DNA of 64,000 nucleotides from Setoptus koraiensis (Eukaryota; Animalia; Arthropoda): NCBI GenBank assembly GCA_048013815.1, contig CM106586.1, positions 8,618,001 to 8,682,000 of the forward strand, read 5' to 3'. Shown piece by piece: positions 56,559 to 64,000 of this stretch (position 1 is its first letter; each line of letters starts with the position of its first letter). The notes under the pieces were generated by a model. It saw only the letters and a program-made list of their open reading frames with translations, ran no database searches and was not told where the DNA came from. The position numbers and the translations under genes were made by a program.

Positions 56559-57485
56559 CTAGGAATTCAAGAATCCAAGTCCTATGCCTCGGCCGTCTCT
56601 GGACACCGAGATGTCGGCACAATTTCTATAAATCTCCTGCAAACCACAACCAACTTTTTCCGTTCCATCTTCGCATGTGCCCCAATTGTTGGCTAACCAA
56701 GTCAAACGAAAAAGATAAAGACGACATTAGATTGTTATAACATAATATGGATACATGGTGCAGTGCCGCTACGATTCTCAATAAGTAATAACTCACCTGA
56801 TTGCCAGTGCCACCTTAGTATGCAATTATCACAGGTCCTATCTTTTGGCAGATCGAGAGCCATGCTGAATGAACCCGATCCGGCGCTCGCATTTAAATTA
56901 TAAAAAATTTGCTCATCTGTGCTGTTGGCCAAAGTCAATGGCTCGAAGCAATCTTCGGTCTCGATGTCCGACCAAGAGTTGCGCCAGCACAACTCAAATT
57001 TAAATTGGCCCCCATGATTGGCGAGAATATCTATGGTGATATCAATTGAAGAACCCGGAAAGTAGTTTCTGGTAGTTTTGTTCTGTGCCATTATTCCGCC
57101 TGTTTCGTGTATTCTTGCTGCATCGAAAGAATCGCCGCAAATGCCACATTTGCCCTCATTTCTTCTGATACCCTGAATGAGATGATGATAATAAGATGAA
57201 TAACGATTGATAATTAATGATTTAATTACTGATCTTGTTGAGGATAATTTTGTTTGTCTTCGTTGACCCGATGAGCCGTATTTGGGCGTCTGCACTTACA
57301 CCTATGCCCCCGCAAAACAGTTCATTGTCATTGTAGTTTGGTGGCGCTTTAAAACCGAGTCTCCACAATGTGTTCCTGGCGGGTGGCTCAACAAGTCGTC
57401 CGTGTCCGCTTGCGAATGGAAGCCATTCAATAAAGCAAATCAAGAAAAACGCACCAGTGTTTGTGGCCAGATATAGTCCGTTCAT
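56559..57485 (-). CDS. secreted AA15 lytic polysaccharide monooxygenase (chitin-binding type-4 domain), 3 exons (57300-57485, 56797-57172, 56559-56692), about 231 aa
   Basis: Signal peptide followed directly by HGRLVEPPARN (His1), then FCGG, GKCGICGD, ANHGG (second His), CDNCILRWHW, NNWG, GCG and QEIYRNCADI. Splice phases are consistent. Confidence 0.92.
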
Positions 57486-58308
57486 GTTTGCACTGCACTA
57501 TGTTGAGCTTCTATGAATGAAAATTTGTATTTGATTTGATTGGTCGAAAAGTGTTGATGAATGTTTTTCGGTGGTTTCGATATTAGCGGATCGGATAACA
57601 CAACAGTTATGTTGTGTCCACGGTCGTTATTCAATCAGCCAGCTCGTCTCGCTTTGGAAGCTTGGTGCTTGACCACTTCAACTGTCCAGATGAAAAGCAA
57701 AGTCAGCGAGTCAAAGTAGCAGTAAGTGATCCATTTTGTTGTTGTTGTTTTCAAGGTTAACGAACCACTCTCCAAGACCGAGCCATTGAGATAGCAAGAG
57801 AGCGAGAGATCTCATGAGTGGCTCCGAAGAGTGAGTGGCTCATGATTATTTTAGGTGAAACCTCTTCTTAGACAGTAGAGACAAGTAAAGTTAGATGGCT
57901 AGTGGTATTCAAGGTGATCAGATAACTGATGGCTGATTGCCGATTCATACTTTATTGACTAACCAGTTACCTGGCGAATGGTGTATGTGACCTCGTCATG
58001 ACCCCGCTTTTATTTCGCCACAGGTAACAGCCGTTCATTTATTTGTTGAATCGATCGTTTTTCTCGTTTTATCTCGGAGTTTTGTCTCACAACTCGGCGA
58101 AATTATCACACTTTATCGAACCGTTCAAAACTTTGTCCCGTGTCAAAACTTTAGCCCGACATTGTCGATGGCCAAAAAAAAGAAAAAAAATGTGGCGCCA
58201 CCCAGTGAGCGTTAGAGAAAGTGAGAAAAAAAGCTGACACATGCTTTTGTGTTTGGATCTCTGACGAAGTGACAAATAAATGAATATCCCGACATATTTT
58301 TTTACCAA

Positions 58309-59475
58309 ATGGACCCAGCTGTATCATTATTCGTGCTTTTACTTGTACCATTGGCATCTGCAATCCGGGTGACTGTCGAAACGGACTCTCCTGTGATTTT
58401 AGGTTCCAAATTAAATATCAGAGTGACAATAGAGGAGCCCGTTTTCCCTTACTATTATTATTATGAATTTAAGGATAATGTCGAGCCAGTGGCATCGTAC
58501 AGAAGCTTCTTCGAGGACTCAGAAATACTCTTGAGCATGGACTACAGCGATAGTAGGATAGTTGTTGGCAATTATTCGGTGAATTTAAGGATACACAATG
58601 CCTTTGGGCACACATGGGGCTGGCTCATATACGAGACAAATATCCCATTTGTTATAACAGATCATATAGCTGGCAAAATCGAGATCATGCAGGTAAACAA
58701 TGATTCGGGCTTTGTAGCAACTAATCAAAATGTGACAGCTTTAGCCAAAATCCATGACCCAAATCTATTCCTAAGTAAATACGTGATAAACTACTCGTGG
58801 TTTGTCAATAACACCGCGGTACCAACAGTGAAAAGCGACAGGACATTAGTATATAATTTTACTCAACCAATTGATCGAAATCTATCTGTGACAGTGGAGG
58901 CAAACAATGGATCAAACGTCTACTATGGCTTCTATTCGCGTTTAATAAGTCCTCGGGATCCAGTTAAAATAGCCGACATCAAAGGCAAGCTTTTTATAGA
59001 ATACGGCGAACTACTGCAGGTGACTATTCATTTTCATGGCAGCAAACCGTTTTCATATTGTTGGGCCCTGGACCGCGATACCTGCAATACATTTAGACAC
59101 ACAAGAGACGATTTTGTGCAAATAACACACTATATGAGATACGTTGGCGAATATACTCTGTTGTTTGTGGCCAAAAATCAAGTCGGCAGAGAGGAAAAAC
59201 ATTACACCGTCAAAGTTTCCGATATTATCAAGCAGCACACTTTGGCATTTTTAATCATACCTACAGTTTTCTCATTATTAGGTATCCTAATTGTCCTGGT
59301 TGTTGTTGTGTTTGTGTTGCGATATAGAAGAAATTACATCATAGAAGTGGCCGATTTTGATTTTATATTGCATGACGACGACCTCACCACGCAGACAATA
59401 TTTGAAAGAGTAACCCAGGAGTTTTGTTCAAGTCGAGCAAACAGTAATTTAAATCCTGTTGAAGTTGCCGAATAG
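58309..59475 (+). CDS. TMEM130: TMEM130-like PKD-domain type I membrane protein
   Basis: Signal peptide, PKD-like beta-rich repeats (YSWFVNN; YCWALD; VAKNQVG), a TM helix and the cytoplasmic motif IEVADFDF. Confidence 0.75.
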   Translation: MDPAVSLFVLLLVPLASAIRVTVETDSPVILGSKLNIRVTIEEPVFPYYYYYEFKDNVEPVASYRSFFEDSEILLSMDYSDSRIVVGNYSVNLRIHNAFGHTWGWLIYETNIPFVITDHIAGKIEIMQVNNDSGFVATNQNVTALAKIHDPNLFLSKYVINYSWFVNNTAVPTVKSDRTLVYNFTQPIDRNLSVTVEANNGSNVYYGFYSRLISPRDPVKIADIKGKLFIEYGELLQVTIHFHGSKPFSYCWALDRDTCNTFRHTRDDFVQITHYMRYVGEYTLLFVAKNQVGREEKHYTVKVSDIIKQHTLAFLIIPTVFSLLGILIVLVVVVFVLRYRRNYIIEVADFDFILHDDDLTTQTIFERVTQEFCSSRANSNLNPVEVAE

Positions 59476-59946
59476 TGAGGAGTTCCGTTAGTTCAATTTT
59501 AATCGTCTGGGCGTATCAACAAAACAAGTCTCGGAGTGAGCCTCTGCATCGACGGAAGCTGATCAAAGTCAGGCAACTTATCATTTAATTGGTACGTTGC
59601 ACCATCAAACTGGATCTCACTTGCACAATTTCGCTGCAATCTGTCAAGTTGGTTCTTTTCCATTGGGCCCAACGGGCTGAGAAGAGACCAAAGACAAGTC
59701 GCAGTTACAGAAAGTGCGAAAAATTTTGTGTTCGTGTCGGCAATCACGTTTCAATTACGTTGTTATGTAAAAGATGTTTCGACCTCTTAATCAACTAGCT
59801 CCTGTATAAAACGATTACGTATGTGCAATCACAATTTCATTATCTATTAGTTGTTCCGGGATGTTTACGGGCAATAAGTTCCGAGAGTGTACTTACTTTA
59901 ACATATATGTATATTGCGATACAGCAGAAACAGGATATAGACTAAC

Positions 59947-60028
59947 CTGTGAGCTGGGGTAGTTGAAGTTCAGGCCCTGAACAGGTGAACTACTGACTAG
60001 CGACAGTAGTGGTTGAGTTATGGATATA
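59947..60028 (-). other. putative internal exon of an unresolved minus-strand gene
   Basis: Polypyrimidine tract plus CAG acceptor and CAG|GTTAGT donor. One open frame: ISITQPLLSLVSSSPVQGLNFNYPSSQ. Confidence 0.35.
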
Positions 60029-61281
60029 CTGCATGCGGAGGAAGTGAGAGAGAGAGACGAGAATTAAGACGGATGCTTAAATATGACGATGCCGATGTCT
60101 ATGGTGACGTATGCTAACAATATTGTTAATATACTTTAGCTAAATAATCTTGTAAAGAGTGTTTGTTGGCGGCGCTTAAATCGATGTGTTCATTAATTTC
60201 TAATTGAGCTCACGTATCTTACAACATCCACCAAGCATCATCCCTTGCTATCTCGTCGTCATGATGATGATGATGATGATGATGATGATAACATCTCATT
60301 AGATGGCACAACATGACTGATGATAATTTAGCATCAATGACGGCTAGTAATTTATCTGGCGTCGTTTCGAAATGTGGTAGTTGTGTGTATCTCATTTGAA
60401 TAGTTGCTAAGTCGAATAGTTGTTTGTATGGTTGTTAGTGAGTTTGTTTGTTTGTTTGTTTGTTTATTTGTTTATTTGTAGCTGCTCATTCAATTGTACA
60501 AACACACACAGATTATCAGCAAGCTATTTTGGAAAAAATAGTAGAGGAGTCAGGCTGACTTAACTAATTAGCTACTCAAACACACACACACTCACAGATA
60601 GATAGATAGATATTGATGTAAGTCGTTAATTCAATGTTGTGTCGCTGCCTCAATCCAGTAGCGCTGGCTTTCAACATTGATGAGCTCGTTGGTGGTAAAT
60701 AGTTTGCAGCAGAGATTAGTTAGTATCTTTAGTGCCATTCGAAAGTTCATATTTGTTGCAACTTGCCGGTAGTGGCAGCAGCAGCAGTTCTCGCGAATTT
60801 TCGTTGCGAAATTAAATCAAAAATAAACTGACAAAGGCGATAATTTAGACAATAATGCGCTCACATGCACTCTCACATGCTTGCTGCTGCTGCCTTTCCA
60901 TTTCAGTTGGTTTGATTTCACCTTGATGGCAGTGATTCAGCAGTGACTACTAGCTAAGACTAGCTAAGACTAGATAGTAAATAAAAATATCGGGCTCACT
61001 GACAATGTTGTGAGTTATGGCTATGAGTGCGAGCGAGTATCGTCGGTGACAGTGAGTTCATCGCGACATTCATGCAACAGCATCATGGCCAATCGAAGCG
61101 TATCACGGTTGAAGCGGCAGCAACAGCAGCAGCTCTCAATTACATAAATTACGACGACGACGACCATAATGATGACAATGAGGTCCCCAGCTAACGACGA
61201 AAGTAGGTTGTCTGTATGGCGAGCAGCTACTGATTATGTTTTTCAGTGATGCCGCTGTTAGCGCGCCAGTTAGTACAAGAT

Positions 61282-61330
61282 AGTTAGTAGCAAACAGTTA
61301 GTAGCAAACAGTTAGTAGCAAACAGTTAGT
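61282..61330. repeat. 14-bp tandem repeat AGTTAGTAGCAAAC, about 3.5 copies
   Basis: Directly visible. Confidence 0.88.
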
Positions 61331-63266
61331 GGATGCCAAGACAGCTCGTGGGCCCCACCAGCGGTGACTGCTGCAATTATAACCGGCGATACAATAACCG
61401 CCCGCCGCTCGCCGTAATTATGAACGATGACTTTTAATGGGGATAGTTGAACTTTGCGGGCTCACAACAGTTTGAACTGATGTGCCGACGCTTGTCTCTC
61501 ACCTTCTCCGGCTAACAGCCGACGTAAAAATTTATCACGTAAAAATTGCGAATTTTACTGGCGTGTTTTATCGCCCCAGCTATCTCTGTCAGGCACGCTG
61601 TGGCCGTTTATTTTCCGTTATGGCTTGCATGATATTCCGTGTTCCAGTTCGCGCCAACCGAACCTCGTTTCCGTTGTTGTTCGCTCGTTGATGTTGCTTT
61701 CGTTGATAGTGTTATCGTTGTTTTCTCTGTTGTTTTCCTTGTTTTCTCTGTTGTTTTCGTTGCCATTTTCGTTGATGGCGCCGACCTCAATTGATGGCCC
61801 TAATCAACAGTTATTTGTAACAGTTGTTAGTCTGAATGACATCTCTTTCGTTTTATCGAAAAAAAAAAAAAATACCGCGACAGCAAATCACAACCAGTTT
61901 GTCAGTTGATTTGTCGTTGGCGAAATGTCAAATTTACCGACGACCCGAGTTGCTTTTGCGAAATGGCCGATTGTGTCGCGGTGCCGCACGGCGATGATCT
62001 AATAATAGACAATTTCCATCCATCCATCTATCTATAGATCATCTGTTGAGATGATGTCGGCTTGTCGCGGAGCTCTAATGAAGCGCTGTCCGGGCCTTGA
62101 CTCGTGAGCTCACAATTATGGGCCTAAACAGCTTATAATTGCGACGGGGATGCGACGATCATCATTCAGCCAATGTGTTCATTGAAATTCACAAAATTCA
62201 GCCTGGTGTATGGATGAAACGGGATTTTCGCCAATCAGCCACACAAACTCGAGGCTCAAAGGCTTACGAAATGCGAATGTGGGCCCGGTAAATGGCCGAT
62301 GAGATGTTTAGACAAGCGATTGTTCTGTTATGTTTTCTAGTCAGTGGCTAGCGAGATGAGCCGAAAACTCGCCAGAGGCACACGATGCCAACTTGGTGAG
62401 CGCTCTGTTTAGTGTTGAGGTGTCAGAATTTGTTTTCGCTGGGATATCGCTGGGCACGAACGTGGCCAGCGATCACTGAAGTAGCCGGAATTCGTTCCTA
62501 GTTCGTGAGCTCCAAATTTCGGAGAGGGGATGGTGTGAAAAAACGCGTGCTCCCGTGACACACTCTTATGTTGCAACCAGCCGAGCCACTGCGAACAGTC
62601 CGGCGTGGCGCTCGATTTTCTAGAGGCCCGATGAATAAATAAGCCGCTAATCTCCTATAACAACAAGGCGCGGATAAAACGCTTTTTCAAGGCTGCAAGC
62701 TTTGAAAAAGCTTTGAGCGGTCGTCGATGGTGCGACTGTTGTGTCGGCCATTGATGCGGCTGTTGTGTCGGCCATTGTTGGCGAGGCGGCGTCACAACAT
62801 GGACGACACATGTCAGTGTGTAGTGTCTGGTTTACGTTATTTTTTTTTAGTTGTTTCTGCTTTACCTTTGTATCTTTTTAATGTTGGCAACGTAAGTGGC
62901 CCGCACAGGTAGTTTACCTGTACACCTGTAAACATGACACAGTGTGTTGGTTGTATTGTAGTTAGACTGTGAGAGGGGGCGCCAAACGAGAGAGCAAACG
63001 CACGCCACACGACGACAAATACCGTTAATAAACAGCGACAATCTTAATCGATATTGTGTGTCTCATTGGCGTGCGCCGAATCACTTAAAAGCGCGTCGGC
63101 CATCGAGTTGTAACCTTTGCATGCGAGTTACGTTACATAACTTACGTATATAACAGACGACAATTATAATCACATGTTATGTTATGTTATGTTATGTTAA
63201 ATGTGTGTACCGTGTTACGTCAGCGTGTCCGCGGCCGCATTATGCAGCAAACACTGCAGCAACTGA

Positions 63267-63689
63267 TCACTGCGGACTTGTTGTTATCCGGCTCGAATGT
63301 CGCAATGTCGCCGAATATCCGAATATCCGAGCTCTTGTGACATTTGGGCGGCCACGTTGCGTGTGCAATATCGACAATGATGGACAATAAATATAGTGAC
63401 GAATCACGCTGTTGTCTCTATCAGGTTGCTCCATCAAATAGAAGAGTTGTTGTCCTTTGGCTGGATCCCTCGATAGACTATCGACGATAGTATTAAGTTG
63501 ATACCAATCTGCCGATGCCATCAGCAGCATATTTGCAGCGAGCGGCTGGCTCGGCAAAACCATCTTGGCAGAGCGATCTCGGCGGGCGAGCTTGTGTGAG
63601 TAATGTTGTGGATGTTGCGAGGAATAAATAAGAGTCTCAGGCTGTTGCCATTGGCATGGACTTGGCAGGCGCGAGTTGCGCAAACTCAC
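63267..63689 (-). CDS. possible coding exon or small ORF, unknown
   Basis: 140-codon non-repetitive open frame with no recognisable motif. Confidence 0.2.
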   Translation of the reverse strand: MSLRNSRLPSPCQWQQPETLIYSSQHPQHYSHKLARRDRSAKMVLPSQPLAANMLLMASADWYQLNTIVDSLSRDPAKGQQLFYLMEQPDRDNSVIRHYIYCPSLSILHTQRGRPNVTRARIFGYSATLRHSSRITTSPQ

Positions 63690-64000
63690 AACCTGTCTGC
63701 TGCTGCTGCTGCGATTACCTCATACAAACAACAACGACTCGTCGTCGTTCGTCTACGCAACGTTGTCGTGTGAGTGTGTGTGTGTTGGTGTGCGTGTGCT
63801 TGTGTCGAGTGACAAGTGCGCGTTGACTCGCATTCGACTTTAGCAAGTCAACGACAACAGAGCTGACATTGTGGCTCACTGTAATTTAGCAAAGTTTTGC
63901 ATCAAAGTGTCATCGACACATCAACACACATCTAAACAGATTCGCTGCTCGTGTGTGGGGCCCAATTACTCAAATTACTACAATTACTCAATTACTCAAT

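Overview
Eukaryotic, gene-dense and intron-poor genomic DNA. The gene set and compaction suggest an arthropod, probably an acariform mite; an eriophyoid-like genome is an inference. It contains one 500-N assembly gap. About 19 protein-coding genes are supported: SPATA2/tamozhennic (partial, missed by the ORF track), ACSF2, an HMG20-like protein without an HMG box, RPLP2, CASC3/Barentsz with a very long polyQ tract, an optineurin/NEMO-like coiled-coil protein, ARL1, a miniaturised bunched/TSC22 long isoform, an unidentified low-complexity protein with a spliced basic C-terminus, a small secreted protein, PSMD2/Rpn1, NRF1/erect wing, 6PGD, a CARD-type initiator caspase, two tandem secreted repeat proteins, a large propeller/solenoid-type protein, an AA15 LPMO and TMEM130. 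The most novel signal is the tandem pair at 46.9-51.7 kb. These are secreted proteins built from 4-5 stefin/cystatin-like repeats in which the canonical QxVxG inhibitory loop is replaced, and they show mosaic identity and a hypervariable loop. Also notable are a decayed copy of the CASC3 3' end behind the optineurin-like gene, GC-rich multi-stem islands in divergent promoters, a miR-279-seed hairpin candidate, and a gene-free GC/CpG-rich block (about 23.8-31.4 kb) packed with minisatellites and perfect palindromes. All homology calls come from motif recognition by eye, with no database searches.
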